Below, piece by piece: positions 19,511 to 28,314 of a stretch of DNA of 64,000 bases. The stretch's first letter is position 1. Each line of letters opens with the position of its first letter. The notes under the pieces are model-generated. The model was not told the DNA's origin. It saw only the letters and a list, made by a program, of their open reading frames with translations, and did no database searches. Source of the DNA: a virus. Lineage: Duplodnaviria > Caudoviricetes. Location: IMG/VR virus record IMGVR_UViG_3300028909_000001; one strand, written 5' to 3'. Made by a program: the position numbers and the translations under genes.

Positions 19511-20222
19511 GAGTTATATGACTAAACCTAATTTGATAGGTAAAATATTTGGTAAATTGACAGTTATTTCAAAAGCTGATGAACATAAATTTCATCAACA
19601 ATATTGGAATTGTTTATGTAGTTGCGGTGTTACTACAATAACAACTTCAGCAAAGTTACTTAGTGGGCATACAAAATCTTGTGGTTGTTTACACAGAAAA
19701 GATTTACTAGGTAAAAAATTTGGTAACTTAGAAGTAATTCGTTTTGATAAAGTAGTTATAGGAAATGCTTATTGGTTATGTAAATGTAATTGTGGACGTG
19801 AAGCTTCTATTAGAGGTAGTAGTTTAATTTCTAAACATACTACAACATGTGGTTGTACACATTTAGCAGGTCATACCAATTGTTTATGGGGTGGTGTAGG
19901 GAATATTTCTGGAACGTATTGGTGTACAATGTGTGGAGGAGCTAAGCGCCGTGGTATCCCTGTTGAAATTACAAAACAATATTTGTGGGATGTATTAGTT
20001 AAACAAAATTTTATATGTGCTCTATCTGGTGTTTTGTTGATACTAAATTCAAAAAATGGTTGTTATGATGGAAATGCTTCTATTGATAGAATTGATTCTT
20101 CCAAGGCTTATATTGAAGGAAATATACAATGGGTGCACAAATATGTAAATTTAATGAAATTAGATAAATCCTCAGAAGAATTTATAAGATGGTGTAAACT
20201 CGTAGCAGATAACAACAAATAA
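19500..20222 (+). CDS. Free-standing HNH-type homing endonuclease with N-terminal Cys repeats
   Basis: Repeated GKxFGxLxVI...WxCxCxCG...SCGC modules and a C-terminal CALSG...SIDRIDSSKAYIEGNIQWVHKYVNLMK. Confidence 0.85.
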   Translation: MIYMSYMTKPNLIGKIFGKLTVISKADEHKFHQQYWNCLCSCGVTTITTSAKLLSGHTKSCGCLHRKDLLGKKFGNLEVIRFDKVVIGNAYWLCKCNCGREASIRGSSLISKHTTTCGCTHLAGHTNCLWGGVGNISGTYWCTMCGGAKRRGIPVEITKQYLWDVLVKQNFICALSGVLLILNSKNGCYDGNASIDRIDSSKAYIEGNIQWVHKYVNLMKLDKSSEEFIRWCKLVADNNK

Positions 20223-20271
20223 TTATGAATTATGAATACATGTCAATTAGAACTTAAGAAGAAATAAATAT

Positions 20272-20712
20272 ATGACCAAATATGTACTAGGGTTTTTGTT
20301 TTCTACTGATCTATCTAAGGTAGTACTCATTAGAAAACAGCAACCAGAATGGATGAGGGGATTATTGAATGGAGTAGGCGGTAAGGTCGAATCAAGAGAA
20401 TTTCCTACCGATACTATGGTAAGAGAGTTTGAAGAGGAGGCTGGGGTTAAGATAATTGACTGGAAATATTACAGTATTATGCTTGGTACCGATACTGATA
20501 ATACTCCTTTTACAGTTTATTGTTATTATACAGTAACTGACCCAATTAACGTAAAAACTATGGAAGAAGAGGAAGTTGGAATCTTTGAAGTTAGTGAGGT
20601 AATAGCAGGGAAATTACCGATAATGAAGAATTTGCCTTGGTTGATCACAGCAGCTTTGGATTTTATCACTAATCCAAGGCCGCCAAGTTTTATAACTGCT
20701 AATTATGAATAG
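20272..20712 (+). CDS. Nudix hydrolase
   Basis: Nudix box GGKVESREFPTDTMVREFEEEAG. Confidence 0.9.
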   Translation: MTKYVLGFLFSTDLSKVVLIRKQQPEWMRGLLNGVGGKVESREFPTDTMVREFEEEAGVKIIDWKYYSIMLGTDTDNTPFTVYCYYTVTDPINVKTMEEEEVGIFEVSEVIAGKLPIMKNLPWLITAALDFITNPRPPSFITANYE

Positions 20713-20974
20713 CTTAGAACAAAGTAAATTAGACAAAATTAAACTAGAAATACATCAGGGTTTACTACCATTTATAGGAGAATTTAATACTGAATCATTG
20801 AGAGAATCAATAGAAGGATTTTTACGAGTATTACAGGAAGAATTTAATAAATGTAATGCTAATAATGATACTATAATCACTATTGTTCCAGATACTAGTG
20901 ATTCAAATATAATTAATATAAGTATGTCTTTAACCTATCATAGACCAATAAATAATATAACAATTTACAACTAA
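20705..20974 (+). CDS. Hypothetical protein
   Basis: Overlaps both neighbours, suggesting translational coupling. Confidence 0.6.
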   Translation: MNSLEQSKLDKIKLEIHQGLLPFIGEFNTESLRESIEGFLRVLQEEFNKCNANNDTIITIVPDTSDSNIINISMSLTYHRPINNITIYN

Positions 20975-21675
20975 TGAATAACATACCGATTATTGGTGAG
21001 AAGAGAGGTTTCCTTATTATAGCAGAAGGCGCAGATGCTTCGGGTAAGGATATGCATGTAGACCTGCTTAGACAGGCTTTAAACAAGACTGGATTTAGTG
21101 TGAAGACGTTTAGATCACCGGGTAGTACAGAATTAGGTGAGAAAATTAGAGAGATATTTAAATCTAGCAATACACCAATCTGTCCTGAAGCAGAATTGTT
21201 ACTTATGACTGCTTCTTTCGCACAACTAGTTAAAGATGCTATAAAACCTGCACTACAAGAAGGTAATATAGTTATCTGTAATAGGTTTTATTGGTCCACG
21301 ATTATTTATCAAGGATTCGGAAAGTTTGTAGATAAAGATATTATATCCGCTAATCTACATTTTGTGCTTAATGGTTTGGTTCCAGATTTAACCTTAGTCT
21401 TGCATACTACTGATGAAGAGACGGCTAGAAGAATATCAGAAAGAAAGACTACTGATAGATTTGAGTCTGAAAGTAAAGAATATCATGCCAGAATAAAGCA
21501 AGGTTTTGAATGGTTAATGAGTTTACAAGAAGCTAGTAAGGGAGCTATCATACCAATTGATAGCTCTGGTAGTATAGAAGACACACATAATGAGATATTT
21601 AGATGTGTAGCATTTAAAATAGGACAGTTAAAAGAAGGTACAATAGAAGTGGATTTAGCTAAAAAGATTATTTAA
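20974..21675 (+). CDS. tmk: Thymidylate kinase
   Basis: IIAEGADASGKD P-loop, GxxIREI, and the CNRFYWSTIIYQG motif. Confidence 0.9.
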   Translation: MNNIPIIGEKRGFLIIAEGADASGKDMHVDLLRQALNKTGFSVKTFRSPGSTELGEKIREIFKSSNTPICPEAELLLMTASFAQLVKDAIKPALQEGNIVICNRFYWSTIIYQGFGKFVDKDIISANLHFVLNGLVPDLTLVLHTTDEETARRISERKTTDRFESESKEYHARIKQGFEWLMSLQEASKGAIIPIDSSGSIEDTHNEIFRCVAFKIGQLKEGTIEVDLAKKII

Positions 21676-21679
21676 ATTT

Positions 21680-21889
21680 ATGGGAAAACAACACTTAGAC
21701 AATATAAAGATAGTAAAATCAAAAGAAGCAGAACTAAAAAGAGACAAGTTTATTAAAGAAACTGAAGGTAATCATGCTAGAGTGGAAGATGGAAGAAAAA
21801 CTGAAGTTACCAAAGCTAGATTATCTGATAAAGAAGTTAGTGAGCAGAATAAAGTTACTGAGAACTGGGTTAACCAATACATTAAATGA
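21680..21889 (+). CDS. Hypothetical protein
   Basis: 69-aa ORF coupled to thyX. Confidence 0.55.
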   Translation: MGKQHLDNIKIVKSKEAELKRDKFIKETEGNHARVEDGRKTEVTKARLSDKEVSEQNKVTENWVNQYIK

Positions 21890-22659
21890 ATAAAGGAGAG
21901 ACAATTAACGTTTTAGATCACGGATTTGTAAGATTAATTGATTGGATGGGTAATGATGAACGTATTTGTGAAGCTGCTAGAATAAGCTATAAAGCACCTA
22001 GTAAAGGAATAGAAGGTGACCGTAAACTGATTCAATATCTTTATAAAAATAGGCATACTAGTCCGTTTGAGATGGTAAAGATTACATTAAATATCAAGTT
22101 ACCTCTATTTGTTATGCGTCAATATGTTCGTCATAGGATGCAGAATTTAAATGAAGTTAGTGCTAGATATACAGAATTACCTAATGAGTTTTATATTCCT
22201 TCTAGTTGGAGAGTGCAAGATACTAAAAATAAACAAGGAAGTTTAGTTACTGGAGGTATGGATAACCAAGGTAATCTTATTGATGATAAATGGAATCCAA
22301 TTGTAGAACACTATAATCATATTCCAACTATAGAAGAAAATTATAGTAGAATAGATGTAACAGCTACAGAAGCATTAATAAAACATTGTCACTATTCTTA
22401 TGAGTTATATCAATCAATGTTGGCGCAAGGTATAGCTAGAGAGATGGCTAGGATGGTATTGCCTGTTAATATTTATACAGAAATATATGCTTGCTGGGAT
22501 TTAAAGAATCTACTTCACTTTATTACGTTAAGAGAAGATAGTCACGCTCAAGCAGAAATTCAGGAGTATGGTAAAGCTATTAAATTAATATGTCAGGATA
22601 AGTTTCCTTTAGTAATGGAAGCTTATGAAAAATATAAGTGGGTAGTTTTTGAGTCATAG
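21886..22659 (+). CDS. thyX: Flavin-dependent thymidylate synthase
   Basis: HTSPFE, the RHRMQNLNEVSARY ThyX motif, AREMARMVLP and HAQAEI. Confidence 0.95.
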   Translation: MNKGETINVLDHGFVRLIDWMGNDERICEAARISYKAPSKGIEGDRKLIQYLYKNRHTSPFEMVKITLNIKLPLFVMRQYVRHRMQNLNEVSARYTELPNEFYIPSSWRVQDTKNKQGSLVTGGMDNQGNLIDDKWNPIVEHYNHIPTIEENYSRIDVTATEALIKHCHYSYELYQSMLAQGIAREMARMVLPVNIYTEIYACWDLKNLLHFITLREDSHAQAEIQEYGKAIKLICQDKFPLVMEAYEKYKWVVFES

Positions 22660-22670
22660 CTAAAGAAAAG

Positions 22671-22707
22671 GGTGCTGAGGTTAGGTATTTAACCCAACCT
22701 CAGCATC
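22671..22707. terminator. Hairpin after thyX
   Basis: GGTGCTGAGGTT...AACCTCAGCATC inverted repeat. Confidence 0.7.
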
Positions 22708-22814
22708 TTGTTATTCGTATAACCCGATCGGGTAGGGAGTAGCAGGTCAGAGAAGGTGATAACGGTAAATACGAAAGCCAACGCCAGTACCATCATAATA
22801 AGTTCGTGTATCAT
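22689..22814 (-). CDS. Putative small membrane peptide (41 aa), not in the ORF track
   Basis: Translates as MIHELIMMVLALAFVFTVITFSDLLLPTRSGYTNNKMLRLG, with one hydrophobic helix. Confidence 0.4.
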   Translation of the reverse strand: MIHELIMMVLALAFVFTVITFSDLLLPTRSGYTNNKMLRLG

Positions 22815-23090
22815 AAGTTTAATTTTTAATGTTGCGGTTGTGGTTAAGAACTACTAATCATTTTATTATACCTTAAAATATGATAAATATGATGTAGGGT
22901 CCCCCTCCCTCCCCTCTACCTAACTTAAACTTAAATAGGGTATAATAATTTGAATAACATAAACATTATTCGGAAATTTTTACTTATCTATCATACCCCC
23001 TCCCCTCCACCAGAATTTTGATTAATTATGGTATGATAACTTGATTAGGAGTTTTATAGCTTTTAGTCAAATTTGAATTTCCCACTATAA

Positions 23091-23317
23091 TCCTGGCTAC
23101 AGTCGGTGCAAATCCGAGGCTTGGACAAAGTGGATATGGCCAAAAGCCCGTTGTTCGTCCGCAAAGTAGCTTAGGAGGTGACATCTCTTGAGCCAGGGTG
23201 ACGAATAATGTATCTCTATAGGGAGGGGATTGCGGAAATCTGGCAGAGCGTCAATCTCTGTTACCCAGAATGTATTGTAGGGTTGATCACCTTATTTACT
23301 GATTTCACCACCTCCCT
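23091..23317 (+). ncRNA. Putative structured RNA region (multi-stem element plus degenerate tRNA-like element)
   Basis: GC-enriched non-coding stretch. Pairings: CCTGGCT/AGCCAGG, a TCGG-TGCAAAT-CCGA T-loop hairpin, AGGGAGG/CCTCCCT, and GAAATC/GATTTC-ACCA. Confidence 0.5.
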
Positions 23318-23357
23318 GTTTAATTTCAGTTGCCTTGTTGTGTTGATTGGTCAGAGA

Positions 23358-23395
23358 AGAGGTGGCTTGAATCTTAATTGATTTGGGCCACCTCT
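23358..23395 (+). terminator. Strong hairpin downstream of the putative ncRNA
   Basis: AGAGGTGGC...GCCACCTCT inverted repeat. Confidence 0.6.
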
Positions 23396-23433
23396 ACTTA
23401 AATTCTAAACATACTTAAACTCAATTTTTAGCT

Positions 23434-23997
23434 ATGAACATTAACTGTGAAATAAAAGACGATATAATCTTAATAGGTACCAAGGTATACATTCCCAGAC
23501 CTGTTTTTGGAACTGTAGATGAAGATGAAGTTATTGGTTACTATGGTGTATTAACTAAAGAAGGGGAGCAATATGTATTAACCCCTACTGACTATGTTTT
23601 AAACACTATAAACTTGGACAAGGAAGGTCTAAATTCTGGATGGAAAGCTAGTCAGTTTTTTCTTAGCTATGATGAGGCTAAAGCTCAGGCAGTGGAATAT
23701 TTAGTTGATGCTAGTCAAACTGAATGGTTTAAAGCTATAGGATTAAACCAAGATTCTGATAGGTTATACTATGATGAAAATTGTGAGTTAGCTCCTTGTT
23801 GTAACACTATAAGTAATATCAGGAATATTCTTTTTGATGTTTGTAAAGAAGGATGTATTACTGGAGTTGCTAGACTAGAGTTAATTGAATTACTGGAATC
23901 TCATGAATGCTGTGAACCTAAACCTATATTAGACAGTCTTTTGAGACAACTGAAGATAAAATGGAATGACAAAGCTCCATTTGTAGAATTGCTATAA
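23434..23997 (+). CDS. Hypothetical protein
   Basis: 187-aa ORF with no motif recognised. Confidence 0.7.
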   Translation: MNINCEIKDDIILIGTKVYIPRPVFGTVDEDEVIGYYGVLTKEGEQYVLTPTDYVLNTINLDKEGLNSGWKASQFFLSYDEAKAQAVEYLVDASQTEWFKAIGLNQDSDRLYYDENCELAPCCNTISNIRNILFDVCKEGCITGVARLELIELLESHECCEPKPILDSLLRQLKIKWNDKAPFVELL

Positions 23998-24004
23998 ATT
24001 AAAA

Positions 24005-24033
24005 TCCCTGCCAAAGTTATTATTTGGCAGGGA
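24005..24033. terminator. Bidirectional terminator between convergent genes
   Basis: TCCCTGCCAAA-N7-TTTGGCAGGGA. Confidence 0.75.
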
Positions 24034-24075
24034 CTATACATATAATTAAAAAGGTGGTCCTTGCCGAATAATAAT

Positions 24076-25380
24076 TTATTTCTCCACCCTATTTATCGGA
24101 TTAAACGCATAAATCACGTTTATTAGGTAGTTTCTATAATTAGGCGATACGTTAGGAGGTGTCATACCACTATCCAGCATAATATCAGATAGTTCTTTTA
24201 ACAAAGTATGATGATTCAGAAAAGCCTTCCTCTTTATCTTGAAAGCTGCGGTTTCTCCTTCCTTAATAACTAGTCCAAATTGATAATAAACATCATTTTC
24301 TTTCTTTATCTTGGTTAAATCTAGAGCGAAGTTACTATATTCAATCAGATTCTTACCTGACTGATAATAGTAACGGTCATTGTTTCTAGTAAATCTGGTT
24401 CCGCTAATACTGACTTCACTAGTCTTTGATGACAACCAATATTTCTTTAGATCGGTCTTGGTTACTTGTTCCAGTTCACCTAATTGAGTTATGGTCAAAT
24501 TCCCTAAACAACCTTTTAATTGTTCAGCCAGATTTTGTGATTTAATCAAGGTTAGAGGATTTACATTGGTAGCTAAATTACTTTGATTACTCCAAATCTC
24601 GATACATTGCGTTGGTTGTAGTGAATGATGTAGTGTAAGCTTCTTATCTCCAACCCAATTAACTATCTTATTAGACCAGGTACATCCCTCATTAGTTAAC
24701 AAGTCCCTGATACTACCTACTATATTAGTACCTAGTTTACCATACCAACCAGGCCCATCAGTTTGGAAAATCATCTCATTTATAGACATATCACATATCT
24801 CAAATATCTCCAAAGTTGCAATCTTGTAGTTAGGTGCGAAATAGGTCGGTACTAACAATTTATTAGCATGTCTATTATGCAGTTTAAGACTGGCAAAGTC
24901 TCTACTATTTATCATCTTATAAGTTAACAATCCTACTCCAGTATTGATAAATTGAGTCATCCCTAACTCATTTAACAGTTCATTTAATTTATAGTTTCTT
25001 CCTTTATAAGTTATCAAGTTCTCTAATGCACACATTCTACTATACTTCCACAATTTCTCATTAGTTCTTAATTGTGTATAATCATTAACAATACCGGCTT
25101 CTATATATTCTGCATACTTGGCTGGTACTTCCAACAAGTCTGGATGCTCCTTGATATAATAACGATAGCATCTACTCATCAATAACAAGTCATCATTCCT
25201 AATCTCTTTAGGTTGATTATAAGCGAATAAATCAATGGCATTAAATGTCATTTGCTCATCTTTTGAAAGGGCATACCATCCTAGATTTGGTAGTTTTCTA
25301 TACATTTTAGGAACCTCCCAGCCGAAATGAGCCACAGCTGAAGGTAAATGTACTTTACTACATAAAGATTTGACATCCAT
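24076..25380 (-). CDS. Hypothetical protein (434 aa; minus strand, mislabelled + in the track)
   Basis: The reverse complement of ...GACATCCAT at 25380 gives ATGGATGTC (MDV). The stop is TTA at 24076-24078. Confidence 0.8.
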   Translation of the reverse strand: MDVKSLCSKVHLPSAVAHFGWEVPKMYRKLPNLGWYALSKDEQMTFNAIDLFAYNQPKEIRNDDLLLMSRCYRYYIKEHPDLLEVPAKYAEYIEAGIVNDYTQLRTNEKLWKYSRMCALENLITYKGRNYKLNELLNELGMTQFINTGVGLLTYKMINSRDFASLKLHNRHANKLLVPTYFAPNYKIATLEIFEICDMSINEMIFQTDGPGWYGKLGTNIVGSIRDLLTNEGCTWSNKIVNWVGDKKLTLHHSLQPTQCIEIWSNQSNLATNVNPLTLIKSQNLAEQLKGCLGNLTITQLGELEQVTKTDLKKYWLSSKTSEVSISGTRFTRNNDRYYYQSGKNLIEYSNFALDLTKIKKENDVYYQFGLVIKEGETAAFKIKRKAFLNHHTLLKELSDIMLDSGMTPPNVSPNYRNYLINVIYAFNPINRVEK

Positions 25381-25391
25381 ATTAACAAGTA

Positions 25392-25420
25392 AGTATAGTC
25401 TTGTACTTGTATCAGGTCAA
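25392..25420 (-). promoter_or_regulatory. Sigma70-like promoter for the minus-strand 434-aa gene
   Basis: The minus strand reads TTGACC-N17-TATACT. Confidence 0.65.
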
Positions 25421-25475
25421 CCATATTACTATTAATTTGACTTGTTGATATAATAGATATTGCTATAATAGAAAT

Positions 25476-26516
25476 ATGAAGAAATTTGACATTACTGATG
25501 ACAACTCTTATAGCGAATTGTATAGATTTGTTGATTTAAATACATTGCCAGCCTATGTTAAAGAAGCGGAAGTATTGACTAAAACTGCTACAGAAAGTTT
25601 GCCAGATACTGCTTTTGCTGATCAGATGCATAGAGCTTTTCCCATTAATACTGCTGAAGATACTTATTTGAGTAATGCTTTCTTTATTAATAAAAGGGCT
25701 GAACTTACCAAACTTTGTGGTGAAAAGTATATTAATGAGGTAGGTGTCAGAATTGTTAAAGCTGCTCAGATATTTGATATCTATGATGACATTGCTAATT
25801 ATAATGGTGGTCTGGATGTTAAACAAGCTGCTGATTATACTGAACAGTCCATAGTATCTATTGAGATTGGTGGAAATGAATATGATTTGTTTCCTTATAA
25901 GACTGCTGAAGATCTTAAATTTCAAGCATCAGAATTTGTTAAGAATCTAAACAATTACCCATTTAATTGGCGTACTAAAATAGCTTCAGCTTTCGTTGAG
26001 AAGGCTGTGGAACAGAATATCGAGGATTTACCTGATTTGATTTGTAAGTATGCCGGTCTATTCTATCCAGATACCAGGGAATTTTCTGATACCCTAGCTG
26101 GAAGAATGCATAGGTTGAGTGAAGAGTATCAAACTAAGTATCAACCTATTATAGAGAAGGCAGCTAATATCTCTTCCAAGACTGAGGCCTTTGAACTTTG
26201 TAGTGAAGCTTATAATATAGAAAAATTAGCTGGAGTATATGAAAAACCACTATTATATAGGGAGATGGGAGACTTAGTTGATCGAACCATGACACTAGAT
26301 TTGACCAAAATTGCTGATATGCTGAATGTAGTCAAAATTGGTGGTAGTTGTTATCATATAAATGATTTGCAGAAAGTATCCAAAGATATATATGACAAGG
26401 CTTTTGATTGTGGATTAGACCCAAAGAATGCCAATGAATTAATGGATGTCTTGCCTACTGTCCCTCGTTCAGATTTTGAGCTGTTTAAAGAACTATCCGG
26501 CATAACCGCACTTTAA
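25476..26516 (+). CDS. Hypothetical protein with a duplicated FP-containing module
   Basis: LPDTAFAD..RAFPINTAED and YDLFPYKTAED form an internal repeat. Confidence 0.75.
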   Translation: MKKFDITDDNSYSELYRFVDLNTLPAYVKEAEVLTKTATESLPDTAFADQMHRAFPINTAEDTYLSNAFFINKRAELTKLCGEKYINEVGVRIVKAAQIFDIYDDIANYNGGLDVKQAADYTEQSIVSIEIGGNEYDLFPYKTAEDLKFQASEFVKNLNNYPFNWRTKIASAFVEKAVEQNIEDLPDLICKYAGLFYPDTREFSDTLAGRMHRLSEEYQTKYQPIIEKAANISSKTEAFELCSEAYNIEKLAGVYEKPLLYREMGDLVDRTMTLDLTKIADMLNVVKIGGSCYHINDLQKVSKDIYDKAFDCGLDPKNANELMDVLPTVPRSDFELFKELSGITAL

Positions 26517-26517
26517 A

Positions 26518-27093
26518 ATGTTTGACGCTTCTATCTTAGTCTTAAAAGATAGTTCTAGTCCTGCTTCAGTACTATTAGCTGCAATATTCGATCATTACGG
26601 TACTGAATGCTTTGATTGGAACCCTGATATTCTAGTTACTGAGATTAGAGATGATTTTAATATTACTCTATCTCCTATTCAATCAGATAAGTTACAGGCA
26701 GCTATTATAGTGATGTCAACCAATCAATTTGAAAATGATTGGCATGTTTTTAATAGTTGTGTTCATGGGTTAAACGGTGAACCTTTTGACTATGATGTTT
26801 TCTCTCCTATTGATCCTGAGCAGATTATAGCAGCTTTGCCTGAGATTCAAACTATCAGAACTGGATTTATGGGAGATGAAGTTATTTTCTCAGATGAAGT
26901 AAATGCTTATGCTGGTATTATTTTTTCTGAATATGGTTTAATTTCAGCTCCTAACGAATTTCCTTCCGCAATAATGCCTGATATAACTACTGAGCATTAT
27001 TTAGACAGCCAGTCAGAAAAACAAGCTGCATTGGCTGAAATCTATACTAACAAAAAACAAAAAATCGAAGAATACTTATCTAAGTTCAAATAA
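26518..27093 (+). CDS. Hypothetical acidic protein
   Basis: 191-aa ORF coupled to the previous gene. Confidence 0.7.
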   Translation: MFDASILVLKDSSSPASVLLAAIFDHYGTECFDWNPDILVTEIRDDFNITLSPIQSDKLQAAIIVMSTNQFENDWHVFNSCVHGLNGEPFDYDVFSPIDPEQIIAALPEIQTIRTGFMGDEVIFSDEVNAYAGIIFSEYGLISAPNEFPSAIMPDITTEHYLDSQSEKQAALAEIYTNKKQKIEEYLSKFK

Positions 27094-27102
27094 CATTCTA
27101 AT

Positions 27103-27178
27103 GTGCTTGTGGCAGATTGGAATGCACAAACCAGTTTAAATACTGTTTTGGACAAAGATTCGAATTCTTTCAAGCACA
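27103..27178 (+). tRNA. tRNA-like element with an atypical anticodon arm (possible Leu-TAA-derived/pseudo-tRNA)
   Basis: Perfect 7-bp acceptor GTGCTTG/CAAGCAC, D arm GCAGATTGGAATGC, T arm AAAGA-TTCGAAT-TCTTT. The anticodon arm is irregular and no CCA is encoded. Confidence 0.6.
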
Positions 27179-27184
27179 ACAAAT

Positions 27185-27403
27185 ATGAGTAATCATCTAC
27201 CTGAAAAACTTAATTTATGGGACAGACTCTTCAATCGTTATAAGAAAACTATTCATGCTAGGGGTAGTGAGCAGTGGTTTAAAAGTTGTGGCTATACAGG
27301 ACTCAGAATTCCCGGTTCAGAGTTTCAACGTAACTATGTTGAGTATTTAATTATTGATAGACTTACTGGGTCTGAAAAAATTGAGAAGATATATCTAAAA
27401 TAA
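27185..27403 (+). CDS. Hypothetical protein
   Basis: 72-aa ORF in a tight run of small genes. Confidence 0.6.
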   Translation: MSNHLPEKLNLWDRLFNRYKKTIHARGSEQWFKSCGYTGLRIPGSEFQRNYVEYLIIDRLTGSEKIEKIYLK

Positions 27404-27407
27404 GAAT

Positions 27408-27611
27408 ATGAAAACAAAGAAACCAAAGAAGATTAATTCTGATACTGAAAAGGTTGTACTAGATGAACATTGGAAGAAGTATGCTAAAGATAAAGATCCT
27501 TGTAACATCATCCCTGCTCAATTATTTACAGATGCTTATTATATTGGATTTATGAGAGGTAGAGAGGTTGAAAAAGGTTTAACTGATGGAATTATGATTG
27601 AAGGAGGCTAA
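27408..27611 (+). CDS. Small hypothetical protein, paralog of 28126..28311
   Basis: Shared KTKKxKKI N-terminus and GxxRGRxxEKGxxDGxMIE C-terminus. Confidence 0.7.
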   Translation: MKTKKPKKINSDTEKVVLDEHWKKYAKDKDPCNIIPAQLFTDAYYIGFMRGREVEKGLTDGIMIEGG

Positions 27612-27613
27612 AT

Positions 27614-28120
27614 ATGAATGTTTTAATTAATCATTGCTGGTGTTTTGATTCTATTTGGGGAGGTGTATATGACTGTCAAGTGATTGTTAGTATGGAAAAG
27701 TATGCTTGTAGAGAAGACATATATGCTGGTAAGAATACAACTGATTGGAATACTATATTAGATAAATTTCAGATTGAAGTAGATGAATTTGGACGAAAGA
27801 GAATGGAAGACGTTTATTGTCTCAAACCAGAAGTAGTTCAATGGTTAGATGCGAATGTCAAAGACAAAAATTGCAAAATGGAAGGACGTACCGAGTTATC
27901 CCTTTCTAAAGGATGGGGAGTAGGCACAGACCAATACAATGTGAAAGATCAGATTTCCTTTTCTCTCTTTTTTGAGCGTCCAAAGGATGCACTTGCCTTT
28001 ATCAAACAGTGGAGTGAATACAAAAATCCAGTGGATTATCTCAATTATTTCCAAGATATTAGGCGTAAACTTAATCCCAAAACTGGTAGGTTACAACGAA
28101 TTCCTAGATGGAATAACTAA
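27614..28120 (+). CDS. Hypothetical protein
   Basis: 168-aa ORF with somewhat different codon/GC usage from its neighbours. Confidence 0.7.
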   Translation: MNVLINHCWCFDSIWGGVYDCQVIVSMEKYACREDIYAGKNTTDWNTILDKFQIEVDEFGRKRMEDVYCLKPEVVQWLDANVKDKNCKMEGRTELSLSKGWGVGTDQYNVKDQISFSLFFERPKDALAFIKQWSEYKNPVDYLNYFQDIRRKLNPKTGRLQRIPRWNN

Positions 28121-28125
28121 ACAAT

Positions 28126-28311
28126 ATGAGTACTAAAACAAAGAAACTAAAGAAGATCAGTTTTGAAACTGAACACAAAGAACTAAAAAGACAATGGGAT
28201 AACCTTAAGATTGAAATAGACTTCCTTTCTTTTTCTCTTGGTTATGAGTTAGGGATTGAGAGAGGTAGAAATATCGAAAAAGGTATTAGAGATGGAACTA
28301 TGATTGAATGA
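28126..28311 (+). CDS. Small hypothetical protein, paralog of 27408..27611
   Basis: See the paralog; ends RGRNIEKGIRDGTMIE. Confidence 0.7.
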   Translation: MSTKTKKLKKISFETEHKELKRQWDNLKIEIDFLSFSLGYELGIERGRNIEKGIRDGTMIE

Positions 28312-28314
28312 TAA

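Noticed and set aside
23095-23200. Cobalamin riboswitch (GGTGCAAATCC hairpin and AGCCAG present; the phage has a B12-dependent RNR)
   Set aside because: The conserved GGGAA upstream of the hairpin and the CCCxCxACTGT element were not found, and the downstream gene is not B12-related. It is kept only as a generic structured RNA.
24076-25380. ORF track strand label '+'
   Set aside because: The listed protein (MDVKSL...) is only obtained from the reverse complement, starting CAT at 25378-25380. It is annotated here as minus strand.
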